A DNA stretch of 64,000 nt from contig CAYYKL010000002.1 of NCBI GenBank assembly GCA_964441155.1, positions 58,414 to 122,413 on the forward strand, given 5' to 3'. Below are positions 40,000 to 49,989 of this stretch, one piece after another. Made by a program: the position numbers and the translations under genes. The notes under the pieces were generated by a model. The model made no database searches, was not told the origin of the DNA, and worked only from the letters and a program-made list of their open reading frames with translations. The stretch's first letter is position 1, and every line of letters begins with the position of its first letter. Source of the stretch: an uncultured Pseudomonadales bacterium. GTDB lineage: Bacteria; Patescibacteriota; Microgenomatia; UBA1400; RBG-16-45-19.

Positions 40000-40581
40000 A
40001 TGCTTATGACGACGATTAAAATTTTGACCGGCTCAACTCGCCCAGGTCGATTTAACATACAACCCGCCACGTGGATTTATGAACTAGCCAAGCAACGAAA
40101 AGACATTGCGGTGGAACTTATTGATTTAGAAACGATAAATTTGCCTTTTTATGACGAACCAGTTCCTGCCCTCATGCACCAATATGTGCATGAGCACACC
40201 AAGCAATGGGCGCAATCCATTGGCTCCACCGATGGATTTATTTTTGTGACACCAGAATATAATCATTCGTACTCCCCCGTTCTCAAAAATGCCATCGATT
40301 ATCTTAATCTTGAATGGAACTACAAACCTGTCTCATACGTAAGCTATGGCTCACTTGCTGGAGGGTCAAGAGCAGTTGAACATTTGCGCGGCGTTGCTGC
40401 AGAACTGAAGATGTATGACTTAAAAGAACAAATTCTGTTTCCTAACTATTGGGAAAATTTGGACGAAAAAGGCTTTTTCAATTTCACTAAGAGCCATGAA
40501 GAACAAGCTAATGCTCTACTTGAATCTCTCTCTTTCTGGGCAAATATTATGAAAAATGCTCGAGCTTCACTCAAAAAATAA
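40000..40581 (+). CDS. NADPH-dependent FMN reductase
   Basis: GSTRPGR and TPEYNHS...LKNAID; divergent from the HxlR gene. Confidence 0.92.
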   Translation: MLMTTIKILTGSTRPGRFNIQPATWIYELAKQRKDIAVELIDLETINLPFYDEPVPALMHQYVHEHTKQWAQSIGSTDGFIFVTPEYNHSYSPVLKNAIDYLNLEWNYKPVSYVSYGSLAGGSRAVEHLRGVAAELKMYDLKEQILFPNYWENLDEKGFFNFTKSHEEQANALLESLSFWANIMKNARASLKK

Positions 40582-40758
40582 TCAACAATGATCTTAGCTG
40601 ACTATGTTGATTCAATTTGATACGATGCATCTACTACGAACAAAAACGCTCTATCCTTCAATCTTGTAGCGCAAAAGTTTCTCCTTGTCTTAGAGCTTTC
40701 ATTTATTGCAGTTATTGTACTTAAAGACGTTTTTATTCCAACTCTTGCACTGCTAATC

Positions 40759-41310
40759 ATGGCCTTTGTGTCATTTTTGGTAAGTAAAAAATCGTTTGAA
40801 CACCTGGGTTTCAGAAGAAGCCCTCAGTGGAAATCTATGGCTGCGCAAGTGTTTGGACTGATGGTGGTGTGGAGCATCATAACGCTTGGTGTCACAATTC
40901 CTGTGTTGCACTGGCTCACCGGCCAAAACCAAGATTTGAGTGCATTTCTCAATCTCAAGGGAAATGTGCCGCAATTGTTTGGCTTTTTACTTGCAAGTTG
41001 GACGCTTGCGGCTCTAGGCGAAGAGTTTGTTTATCGTGGATATATGCAGCAGAAAGTGAAGGAGTTGTTTGGAAATACATTTTTGGTTGGGGTGATTTCA
41101 GTTGTGTTTTCCAGTGTACTTTTTGGCTTAGCACACACTGAACAAGGATTGATTGGCGTGTGCATCACCTTTCTTGACGCCGTATGGTTTAGCGTCATTA
41201 AAAGGCACTATCAGAATAATCTATGGGCGGCAGTATTAGCGCATGGGTTTAGCAACTCAATTGGAATTATTTGGTTCTTCTTCTTCGGTCCCATTTATTC
41301 ATTTTGGTAA
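40759..41310 (+). CDS. CPBP/CAAX-family intramembrane protease (5' end uncertain)
   Basis: EEFVYRG, FGLAH and AHGFSN. The frame stays open and hydrophobic upstream to 40621 without a start codon. Confidence 0.85.
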   Translation: MAFVSFLVSKKSFEHLGFRRSPQWKSMAAQVFGLMVVWSIITLGVTIPVLHWLTGQNQDLSAFLNLKGNVPQLFGFLLASWTLAALGEEFVYRGYMQQKVKELFGNTFLVGVISVVFSSVLFGLAHTEQGLIGVCITFLDAVWFSVIKRHYQNNLWAAVLAHGFSNSIGIIWFFFFGPIYSFW

Positions 41311-41315
41311 ATAAT

Positions 41316-41909
41316 TCATCTATTAAACTGACCAACTTGTTTGCGCCTCAATAATAACAATAGCGCAAATAATCCATTGGCGAAAAACCAAGTGATGGGA
41401 TACAAAGCAGTTATCAGCGAATACTGTTGCAGGGCAAGAATTCCTAATGCAAAGCGAAACGAATTAAGGAAATAAAATGACAAGGTTTCGGAATGGGGAT
41501 TATGCCACGATTTTCGTATGGTTGGGGCAAATCCAAGCACGTCAATGAGCGTGGTGAGCAGCGCCGACCACACCGGTTGTTTGGCAAAAACCCACAATCC
41601 CAAGGCAACAAAAGCCAGGACGAGAAACACCGTATCAATGGTAACGATTTTGACGGTTGATTTCTTAATGAACCCAAGTATAAACACACCGCCGCACATG
41701 AGCCCGGCTGCCAGGGTTACTAATGAACCAATCCCAGCACCACCACTCCATTGCAGAGCGAAAGCAATCAGTGTCACAAAGCACCACAAAAACTAACTGT
41801 AGAGGTGAGGCTTGGTTTTTCCGTTTATCACATCGCGGACATACGGTGCATACCCCACAAAAACTAAAACCGTGGCGATAATTCCGAGAATGTTTTTTAG
41901 GTCGTACAT
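41316..41909 (-). pseudogene. Membrane protein gene interrupted by one in-frame TAG
   Basis: ATG 41909 reads MYDLKNILGIIATVLVFVGYAPYVRDVINGKTKPHLYS*FLWCFVTL..., with TAG at 41793-41795 in frame with the 157-aa ORF. Confidence 0.75.
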
Positions 41910-41956
41910 AGCAGGTTATGTCGAAGCACTAATTACCATTAAGATTTGAGAATACT

Positions 41957-43114
41957 TCATGAGGATTCTATTTTCTTTAAGGCTGTTAAGTAGTCTGCTT
42001 TTTTAACTCCGAGCGAAATGAGTTCAGATTCAATTAATTGAATTAGGTCTTCAATTCCCTGAATTTCTTTAGCACTGATAAAAAGGAGTTTGGAATCTTG
42101 ATATGAAACTTTAAGTAATTCTTCTGTCTCTTTTGATATAATATCACGCTTATTAAAGACTAATATTTGGGGAATTTCGCTTACGCGCAAGTCCACCAGA
42201 ATCTCCTGAACCGTTGCAATCTTCAAATGCACATCGGGATCCGCTGCATCAATCACATGCAACAACAGATCAGCATGCACCGTTTCTAAAAGTGTTGATT
42301 GAAAGGCTTCGATGAGTGTAGTGGGCAGATCTTGGATAAAACCAATGGTATCTGAAATGAATACGTTTTTGCCAATTTTAGGCAAATACAAACTACTCAC
42401 ACTACTATCCAGTGTGGCAAACAGGGCATCCTGCGCTTTGTCTTGCTTTTTACTCAATGCATTAAAAAGAGACGTTTTGCCTGCATTTGTGTAACCGATA
42501 ATAGACACTGTCGGTAGTTGTAGCTTTTTTCTTTGAGTCATTTGTCCCTGTCTGTTTTCGTTTACTTTTGCGAGCTTTGCTTCAATGGTTTTGATTTCTC
42601 CTCTCCAATGACGGCGCATCATTTCACTCTGCGTTTCACCGAGTCCTCTGGTTCCAATTCCGCCACCTTGCTGCGACATGCCCAAGCCTGCGCCACTCAA
42701 TTCTGGTCCTCTGCTTTTGAGACGAGCTAATTCAATTTGTAGCTTAGCTTCAGCCGTGTACGCATGCTTTCTAAAAATGTGCAAAATCAATTGGGTTCTA
42801 TCCCACACCTCTCCAGGTGAATCAGGATATATTGCACTTTTAAGCGCGAACAATTGACTGGCTTTGAGATGGTGGTTCACGACAACAATAACAATTTGTT
42901 GAGCATCAACAAGTTTTTTTATTTCTTCCACTTTTCCTGAGCCAATGAAGGTCGCCCCACTGCGATGGCGCATGTGCTGTGTCAATACAATCTCGGTTTT
43001 GGCACCAAATGTTTCGAGCAATTGAACCGCTTCCTTCAGACTTGATTCCTGTTTTGCTCTCTCAATGTCGTCATCGATCATGCCGATAACAAGGGCTTTT
43101 TGCATATGGTTCAT
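41957..43114 (-). CDS. hflX: GTPase HflX
   Basis: FIGSGK, DRTQLIL.IF, EAKLQIELA, GYTNAGKT, LFATLD, DTIGFI and NKRD. Confidence 0.95.
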   Translation of the reverse strand: MNHMQKALVIGMIDDDIERAKQESSLKEAVQLLETFGAKTEIVLTQHMRHRSGATFIGSGKVEEIKKLVDAQQIVIVVVNHHLKASQLFALKSAIYPDSPGEVWDRTQLILHIFRKHAYTAEAKLQIELARLKSRGPELSGAGLGMSQQGGGIGTRGLGETQSEMMRRHWRGEIKTIEAKLAKVNENRQGQMTQRKKLQLPTVSIIGYTNAGKTSLFNALSKKQDKAQDALFATLDSSVSSLYLPKIGKNVFISDTIGFIQDLPTTLIEAFQSTLLETVHADLLLHVIDAADPDVHLKIATVQEILVDLRVSEIPQILVFNKRDIISKETEELLKVSYQDSKLLFISAKEIQGIEDLIQLIESELISLGVKKADYLTALKKIESS

Positions 43115-43164
43115 GACTATAATTCTAGACTATCTTTGCAATAGCCTAGCCGTTTTTAAATGGT

Positions 43165-44691
43165 TCATTGCTTTCGCGATAGCTCATATAAGGTTAAGAG
43201 TGGATAGTTTTCTTTGGAAACCACGACTCGGGCATGAAGTGTTTGAAGATATGGAAAAAGGATTGCTTTTTTGGGATTACCTTTAGTCAAGACATGAATG
43301 TGCTGACCATCATATTGCCAGTATGGCGCAGTCATAGCTTGTTGGCTTATATACACTCGCCTATCTTTATTCAAATGAGCCTCAATAGTCTCTTGAATTT
43401 CTAGTCCATTAAAACTGTGTAAAAATATAGCTGACGTGTCATCGAGCTGAGGTCGTTGCGTATCAGACAAAATAAGTACAGATTCCGGAAGATTCGGCAA
43501 TTGCTCAATCATCGTTCGCTGAATTTCTGGAATGGGCACGCGGCGATAGGCACTCATAGTATGTGTAGTCATCAGCAAAACACTCACGAATACGAGCCCG
43601 AAAGCTTTGCGCGGCAAAAATGCTGTCAGCAATGCAATAACAAGTCCGATTGCCGCCACAAACCGTCCATAAAGACCGCCGTAGTAGAACCCATTTGCTC
43701 CGACATAGGTCATTAAAAGCAACATCAATAAACCGAGCTCGTACCAGCGTCGCTGTAACCACAGCTTAACCGCACTAATCCATGCAACCACCACTGCGAG
43801 GGGTGAATAGCCAAAGATTACGACTACTAACCCATTGCGAATTGAGCGCAAAATACCAAAAGGAGTCAACAAAGCTTTTATTTGAGTTGCTTCTGTATAT
43901 AAATTTGAGATTCGCTGATGTGCATCCCCAAGTCCTCGAATCGTGATAGCCTGAGAAGCAGTGATTGCAATTACCAGGCTCGCAAATATCATGATGATTA
44001 ATTGAGAAAGTTTTTTAGGAATTTTTTCGAGATGAGCAACTAAAAGCCACAACACCACAAATACGGGCAGCCAAACTAGCATTGCCAAACTATTTACGAG
44101 CATAGAGCTTATTGCTCCGACTCCAACGCAGTAATACCACCAGCTCCGAGTTCGGACATGCAATGCTATTGCCAACAATCCGCCAAGCATCAAGGTCAAG
44201 TCAATTGATTCATGCAATGCGTTCGTCTGAAGCAAGATCGTTTGATTGAACGCCAACCACACAAGACTTGCTTTAAATGCAACCTGCTTGTCCCAAATAA
44301 TTGCAGTCATCGAATACCACATGAGCAAAGATAACAAACCAAACAAAGCACTCAGCGCACTAAGACTAATAACTCCAGGATTCAGATCCCAAGCCCGTTG
44401 GGTAAGAAATAGATAGATTGGGTGAAGTAAATTGTGAGCTGAGGCAATCGATATCCAGAAAGCATTTTGTGCTTCACGTACATATTCAGGTGAATCGTAA
44501 AAGTGGGGGTATGAAGATAAAAAAAAGAACCGCGATACGCAATAAAGTCCAACAAGCAATAGCAGTTCAAGCCGCCATAATTGAGTAGAATTATTCCTTA
44601 ATGTAGATATTCCCCAACTTGCTTCTAAGAACAACTTAATTCGATTGATGTAGTAATTCTTAAAAACAATCACTTTTTTACCCAGATGCAT
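43165..44691 (-). CDS. Polytopic membrane protein, GT-C glycosyltransferase-like
   Basis: FYDSPEY and HP.Y in the first loop, more than 10 TM, GLYGRF, then a soluble C-terminal domain. Confidence 0.6.
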   Translation of the reverse strand: MHLGKKVIVFKNYYINRIKLFLEASWGISTLRNNSTQLWRLELLLLVGLYCVSRFFFLSSYPHFYDSPEYVREAQNAFWISIASAHNLLHPIYLFLTQRAWDLNPGVISLSALSALFGLLSLLMWYSMTAIIWDKQVAFKASLVWLAFNQTILLQTNALHESIDLTLMLGGLLAIALHVRTRSWWYYCVGVGAISSMLVNSLAMLVWLPVFVVLWLLVAHLEKIPKKLSQLIIMIFASLVIAITASQAITIRGLGDAHQRISNLYTEATQIKALLTPFGILRSIRNGLVVVIFGYSPLAVVVAWISAVKLWLQRRWYELGLLMLLLMTYVGANGFYYGGLYGRFVAAIGLVIALLTAFLPRKAFGLVFVSVLLMTTHTMSAYRRVPIPEIQRTMIEQLPNLPESVLILSDTQRPQLDDTSAIFLHSFNGLEIQETIEAHLNKDRRVYISQQAMTAPYWQYDGQHIHVLTKGNPKKAILFPYLQTLHARVVVSKENYPLLTLYELSRKQ

Positions 44692-44796
44692 ATATGTCTA
44701 TTCTAGTCTTCGAAGCCTCAAGAAATCGATGAAGCATCAGACAAAGCAAAAATAAATTACTTATTAATTTATGAGCTATTTAATGCAGCGGAAAAG

Positions 44797-45306
44797 TTAC
44801 AAGTCTGAAGAATTTCCCTTGGGCAAGGATTCGCAGGCTTCGCCATCTTTGTCGCCATCGAGGCGATTAATGTCATTGCCAGCTCCACCCACTTTTTCAA
44901 AAAACGATTGAGATTCTGGCTGAGTATCGAAGTCTTCACAATTATAGTCATCGGCTTTTTTGCCAATCGAGCCATCGGTCGTGATATTGCCCATCTTGTC
45001 AAACAGAATGTTCCCACTCTCGTCACGAGAAACTTTTGACTCTTCAAATGATTTAGTGTTCCACAGCTGCCCCAGATCCCAATCATTCTGAGATGCTTCT
45101 AAGCCAAATGCTGCCAAAAGTGCGATAAACGCAATTGCCAGAGCAATCCGAGCTTTTTCCCAGAGCACAAACATAACGGCCACAATAGCCATAAGCACCA
45201 AGATTAACGCCAAGCGGAAATTTCGATTATAGCGAAGTTTTTTAAGGGTCGAAGGACCCTCTTTTTTCTCTGACGTCTTTTCTTGTTTTGTTTCGTCGTC
45301 TTCCAT
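44797..45306 (-). CDS. Two-TM protein with an Excalibur Ca-binding domain
   Basis: C-terminal DYNCEDF...[15 protein letters not shown]. Confidence 0.82.
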   Translation of the reverse strand: MEDDETKQEKTSEKKEGPSTLKKLRYNRNFRLALILVLMAIVAVMFVLWEKARIALAIAFIALLAAFGLEASQNDWDLGQLWNTKSFEESKVSRDESGNILFDKMGNITTDGSIGKKADDYNCEDFDTQPESQSFFEKVGGAGNDINRLDGDKDGEACESLPKGNSSDL

Positions 45307-45346
45307 AGATTAATTGTTAGTATACGCTTAGTTGAGCGAAGTTCAA

Positions 45347-46591
45347 TTAGGCATAACGATTCTTGGCGGCAAGTAATATGCCTACTACCAACCAAAAATA
45401 CATTTCTTGCGCGATTGAGATCACATTCGTTTGACTGTGAAGAAGAAATAATCCAAAAGTTGCAAGCAGCGTCATCCAAAATTGTTTTGACTCTCCGAAA
45501 GAGCGCACACCTTGTCGCATAAACGTTTTAAACATTGAAATAATGATGAGTAAATAAGCTATACAACCCATTATTCCTGTGGTCACTAAATGCTCGAGCA
45601 CATGTCCGTGAGCTTTATCGACATAGACATCAAAACGCATGGGATATGGCCATACGGCAGCGCTAAAAGCAGCATCTGCATTCGCCCACCCATAACCAAG
45701 CATGAGTCGCTCCAGCCAGCCAAGCAACATCTTTCGATATATTCGCTCTCGGCTTTCGGCTACCATGGTTAGCATCATATCCCCCGTATCGTGAGCTATG
45801 ATCTTCCATGAAATGAATGCGCCACAAACAATCAGTGCACATGCAATAGTGAATTTTATTTTTCGAGAGAATCGCTCACTGATTGAATAAGCTGTGTACG
45901 CAACAAATATAAGCATGCTCGCTCGAGAATGGGTGAAATATAGTGCACCTCCTAAAAGCGCCCAAGTCATCACTTGCGGTACAATTTTTTTGGGTGCCAG
46001 CAGTCGCACCCCCAGCAGCGAAAGTGGCGCACTGACCAATAGATAGCCCGCTAAAAAATTGGGATTGCCAAAAACCCAACCAATATCGCCATTCCAATTG
46101 GCTATTGTAGAGTTTGTTAACAATTGCAATTGCAAGCCCTGCCCAACAATAATGAGCGTGAGTACTATAGTTGTACTAGCAATAGTCTTGACGATTACGT
46201 TTCCCAGATTTTCTCGCCATCCCAAGGCTATTGCCCAAGCAAATGTCATGCAGAAATACAAGGTCAACAAACCATCGCGTCTATAAAAATTGCCTTGCAA
46301 ACTTTTCGAAGGATTTACCCCCACGACACTTGCAAGAATGGCTATGAGCATATAGAGGCCCAACCACCAAACCAATTGTCCTTTGGGTGCTACTCTTTTT
46401 TGCACCAGTGCCGCACAAAAAAGTATTGCTGACCAACCATAGAAAAAATACACGCGAGGAATTTCGTAGGGTATTTGGGCAGAGGCATTATGAATAAATG
46501 GCAAAAGTGACAGCCCCACAAGTAACACTAAAGAGAAAAACGAGAGTGAGTGAATTTTTTGAATCAAATTGGTATGGATAAGCTCAAGCAT
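45347..46591 (-). CDS. O-antigen ligase (Wzy_C/WaaL-like) family protein
   Basis: FGNPNFLAGYL, THSRAS, LGYGW and DKAHGHVLE.LVTTGIMG. Confidence 0.85.
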   Translation of the reverse strand: MLELIHTNLIQKIHSLSFFSLVLLVGLSLLPFIHNASAQIPYEIPRVYFFYGWSAILFCAALVQKRVAPKGQLVWWLGLYMLIAILASVVGVNPSKSLQGNFYRRDGLLTLYFCMTFAWAIALGWRENLGNVIVKTIASTTIVLTLIIVGQGLQLQLLTNSTIANWNGDIGWVFGNPNFLAGYLLVSAPLSLLGVRLLAPKKIVPQVMTWALLGGALYFTHSRASMLIFVAYTAYSISERFSRKIKFTIACALIVCGAFISWKIIAHDTGDMMLTMVAESRERIYRKMLLGWLERLMLGYGWANADAAFSAAVWPYPMRFDVYVDKAHGHVLEHLVTTGIMGCIAYLLIIISMFKTFMRQGVRSFGESKQFWMTLLATFGLFLLHSQTNVISIAQEMYFWLVVGILLAAKNRYA

Positions 46592-46628
46592 ATTGACTTC
46601 ATCTTCTCAGCAAGCGTAGAGTAAATCT

Positions 46629-48206
46629 ATGGCCACCACTCTAGATCTGAATCCGCTGCCACCATCATCTCTTCCCGATCAGGAAAACTTTAACGATACA
46701 CCACAAACAGTCGTCTCTTTTGTTCCGCCTCGTCGCCGTTTTAATTCCCCTCGAAAACTTTTTAACTCCCTCAAGCAACATGGCTTGCCAGGAATTTTAT
46801 TACTCGTTTTGTTGATAAGCCTGCCATTTGCCATTTTTGCCACCTACCAGGAAGTGCGAAATAGATCTCGTGGCATGGAAAACCCAATCACTCCCCCTGT
46901 CACTCCTCCCAACACTCCTCCGATTACTCCAGCGCAAGAAGTTGTAGACTCTCAAACCGGAGAATATTATGATGTTTGGTTCAATGTACAGCCAAGACTA
47001 GTTGAACTTGAAGGATCAGGCCCATCATATGCTGCTCAAGTTGAGCTTTACCTTGGCGGTCCACGATTACAGTCATATGGAAATCTTATTGCTTTAAAGC
47101 AATCATCTGAAAGCCCTTATGCTGAAGATGCGATTATTTTTGTTTTGGATAATTCGCAAAATTGGAATCGCTTCAAAGGAAGCTTTCTAACAACTGGTTC
47201 TGAAAATAATTGTTTAGATTTCTACCATCAGACCAGTGAATACCCGCCAAAATACGTGACAACCATGTGCTATCGATATGGTGTTGTAAGTCCGGGTGAG
47301 CACTATACGACTTATTCTCCAAGTGCCAATCCCTTTGTTGAATTCGACTATGCGGGTGCACAACCATCACTCGTATTTTCCATGTCAACCGCTTTCAATA
47401 AAAGTAATAAACCATCCGGCTATCAAGATGGAGCGCTCATGACCAGAGTAAATTTCTTTACCATTGACAGCGATACCAGCTCATTGAACGACTATGACAA
47501 TGTGAACTACATCATTCAGGGATTAACGAGTGGATTAGACGAGGCACAATATGCGGCGTTGTGTACAAATCCAACCAACCCACAAAAATACTTAAAGTTT
47601 TCCTTGGGTGAAGCAAATCCAAAGCCCGAGGGAGGCAATAGTGATGAGGTAGATGCTAGCGAAGGCGCTTGTGGCTATCGCAAACAATATAATTCTTTCA
47701 GACCCTTCTTCGTCAGTCTCTATGTTGATGGAGGCGTGCCAACACCATATCCCACAACCCTGCCCACACCAACATCAAGCCCCGAGCCCACAGACTTGCC
47801 AACACCAACACCTGAGGTAATTACTCCAACCGCTTACCCCACCGAAACCCCCACACCAACTGAGGTTCCAAGCCCAACCCCAACTCCCCCACCGAATAAT
47901 CTGTTACCCCAGATGATCACAAGTCGGCTCAAAAACGCCACCATCGGCACGCAATACTCAGCCACTATTCGGGGACTCGACCTTGATAGCGATAGAATTA
48001 CGGTTAAGGCTAAGGGCTTACCCCGAGGTATGAGATTAAATCGCTGCAGCACCAAACGAGTGTTATTCGGCTCCACAGTCACATGCACCGTCAGCGGCAC
48101 TCCTGGATCGTCAAGTCGAAATTATGCCGTGGCACTTACGCTCACCGACAGTGAGGGAGGCGTAGCCCAAAAGACTTTAACGCTTAAAGTGCGCCCAGCA
48201 CGATAA
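46629..48206 (+). CDS. Membrane-anchored surface protein with Pro/Thr linkers and a C-terminal Ig-like domain
   Basis: TM near residues 53-72, PT-rich tracts, C-terminal GLPRGM...VSGTP...LTLTDSEG...LTLKV. Confidence 0.75.
   Translation: MATTLDLNPLPPSSLPDQENFNDTPQTVVSFVPPRRRFNSPRKLFNSLKQHGLPGILLLVLLISLPFAIFATYQEVRNRSRGMENPITPPVTPPNTPPITPAQEVVDSQTGEYYDVWFNVQPRLVELEGSGPSYAAQVELYLGGPRLQSYGNLIALKQSSESPYAEDAIIFVLDNSQNWNRFKGSFLTTGSENNCLDFYHQTSEYPPKYVTTMCYRYGVVSPGEHYTTYSPSANPFVEFDYAGAQPSLVFSMSTAFNKSNKPSGYQDGALMTRVNFFTIDSDTSSLNDYDNVNYIIQGLTSGLDEAQYAALCTNPTNPQKYLKFSLGEANPKPEGGNSDEVDASEGACGYRKQYNSFRPFFVSLYVDGGVPTPYPTTLPTPTSSPEPTDLPTPTPEVITPTAYPTETPTPTEVPSPTPTPPPNNLLPQMITSRLKNATIGTQYSATIRGLDLDSDRITVKAKGLPRGMRLNRCSTKRVLFGSTVTCTVSGTPGSSSRNYAVALTLTDSEGGVAQKTLTLKVRPAR
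46884..46931 (+). repeat. 4 x 12-nt coding repeat (PITP/PVTP/PNTP/PITP)
   Basis: CCAATCACTCCC-CCTGTCACTCCT-CCCAACACTCCT-CCGATTACTCCA. Confidence 0.7.
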
Positions 48207-48210
48207 GCAT

Positions 48211-48840
48211 TTACTGAGCAATTCCATTGCGATTCATAAGACTCAACGTGGCGCTTAGAAAATGTCCAATGCGTAGCGCAGGATGTGGGTTAGCAGACAC
48301 AAGCAATGGATTTTGTCTTAAATCAGTTAAGTCCATTTCCAATTTTGCCAAATCAAGAAGCACCTGTTGTCTATCTCCGTTTGATCTCCAGTTCGTTGCT
48401 GTATTTTGAATTATTTCAGATGGTTTTAAACTTGAATCTTCAAAATCATTATAACTAACCGATCCACTTCGATTTAATTCTCGGAGCACTTTAGATAACA
48501 TTGTTCCTGCATAATGAGCTGTTTGCAATGTTCGTTGAGCTGGTGATACATATTCACTAATCCCAAGTTTATAAACTTGCTCACTTCCCAACCTTCCAAC
48601 ATCTTCAACTCTCAATCCCTTCAGTCTTGATTCAACTGCTCCCCTAAACAAATTAGTCGTAAAATTAATACCAGCTCGTCGATCAAAAGTTAGTGTTTTG
48701 ACTAAACCTTTATCGAGTATCCCCATACTTTCAAAAAAGAATAGCCTTCGCACATAATCATCTACTTCACTGATTCTCTCAACTAATAGCGGTGTCAAAG
48801 AAATCTCTCCATCAAAAAATAATTTTCGGTATCGCATCAC
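48211..48840 (-). CDS. Hypothetical protein
   Basis: 209-aa ORF filling the gap; no recognised motif. Confidence 0.55.
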   Translation of the reverse strand: MMRYRKLFFDGEISLTPLLVERISEVDDYVRRLFFFESMGILDKGLVKTLTFDRRAGINFTTNLFRGAVESRLKGLRVEDVGRLGSEQVYKLGISEYVSPAQRTLQTAHYAGTMLSKVLRELNRSGSVSYNDFEDSSLKPSEIIQNTATNWRSNGDRQQVLLDLAKLEMDLTDLRQNPLLVSANPHPALRIGHFLSATLSLMNRNGIAQ

Positions 48841-48857
48841 ACTTGTGCCAGAAAGAT

Positions 48858-49214
48858 TTACACCTTTTTCTGAGCGTTCTTTTTTACTCGATACATAGTT
48901 ATTTTAGTCACTAAATCATACGGAATTGGTTTGTTAAGCGGAAACTTAATCGTACCCTTGGAACATTCGTATTGGGTTAATTCCTTGCCGAATACTTCAA
49001 TCGCTTCTGAACCTGGATAAAAACCAATGTGGTTTTTATATCCGCCAAAGTGGACTAAGTTGCCATTCAGCTTGAAGGTCGGAATCCCGTACGCAATGGC
49101 TTCCTTGGATTCGGGTGCAGCTTTTTTGATGGTTTGTCTCATTTTTTCCAAAATATCGTAGACATCGTGAGGAAAGGCACAGTTATATGCATCAATGGTG
49201 CTTACCTGTTGCAT
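48858..49214 (-). CDS. DUF1801 / YdhG-like protein
   Basis: AAPESKEAIAYGIPTF, HIGFYP and SKGTIKFPLNKPIP. Confidence 0.88.
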   Translation of the reverse strand: MQQVSTIDAYNCAFPHDVYDILEKMRQTIKKAAPESKEAIAYGIPTFKLNGNLVHFGGYKNHIGFYPGSEAIEVFGKELTQYECSKGTIKFPLNKPIPYDLVTKITMYRVKKNAQKKV

Positions 49215-49322
49215 GTATATTTTCCTTTCCAAATGGATTGATGCCGATGTGCTGAAGTATAGCAAATGTAATTGCAACTACTATTGTTAATCGCTCAAGC
49301 GGACGTAGAATGAAATGAGCAT

Positions 49323-49838
49323 ATGCTACCCGAGCTTTTGCCTCCAAATTCTTTACTACTAGCTGAAGATGGTCACGGCAATTACGCAAATGCCTGTATA
49401 GTCCAGGGAAGACTTGTAACCGCTGGTCATGTGGCTGCGGGTAATCCCACATATATAGCTCCCTCAACGAATGAAAGCGTGAGAACTCCATTTCTTGTAA
49501 TTGGTGCTCAAGATTTAGCCATCTCCTTAGACAAAGCTCTAGCACCAGGTTTTACACAAACTGCACAAGCTCGCTTGAATGAAGCATTGACCATTGTTGG
49601 ACATCATGGGAACGAACGCAGAGAATTTAGAATTACAACCTCTGTTTCAGAGCTTCAAAGTAACGGTCGTGTTGTGGTTAAACGAACCAAAGGAGCACAA
49701 GCTCAACCAGGAATGAGCGGCTCGCCTGCAATTACCTCCAAAGGTGAGTTTGTGGGTATTTTGGTCGCCGGCGTTGATGATACAGATGGACAACAATTAT
49801 ATATTGAAACAATTCAAGAGCTAGTCAGGAATAGCTAA
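49323..49838 (+). CDS. Minimal trypsin-like serine protease
   Basis: VTAGHV (His), DLAI (Asp) and GMSGSP (Ser), followed by GEFVGI. Confidence 0.78.
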   Translation: MLPELLPPNSLLLAEDGHGNYANACIVQGRLVTAGHVAAGNPTYIAPSTNESVRTPFLVIGAQDLAISLDKALAPGFTQTAQARLNEALTIVGHHGNERREFRITTSVSELQSNGRVVVKRTKGAQAQPGMSGSPAITSKGEFVGILVAGVDDTDGQQLYIETIQELVRNS

Positions 49839-49989
49839 CGATATAACCTATCCTAAAATTTGCCACAACATAATCTTTCATGAGCCACCTTAGACCTAGA
49901 CCGCTTCACATATTTTCATTATAGTTACTAGAGATAATTGAGTGCACATGATAATTGATTGAGCGTATTGCTAATAGGAATTACTGTCT

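Noticed and set aside
40618-41795. Stop-codon reassignment suggested by two in-frame stops
   Set aside because: Dozens of conserved genes translate full-length and end at TAA, TAG or TGA under the standard code.
47739-47895. CCAAC-rich low-complexity tract
   Set aside because: Explained by the Pro/Thr linker of the surface protein.
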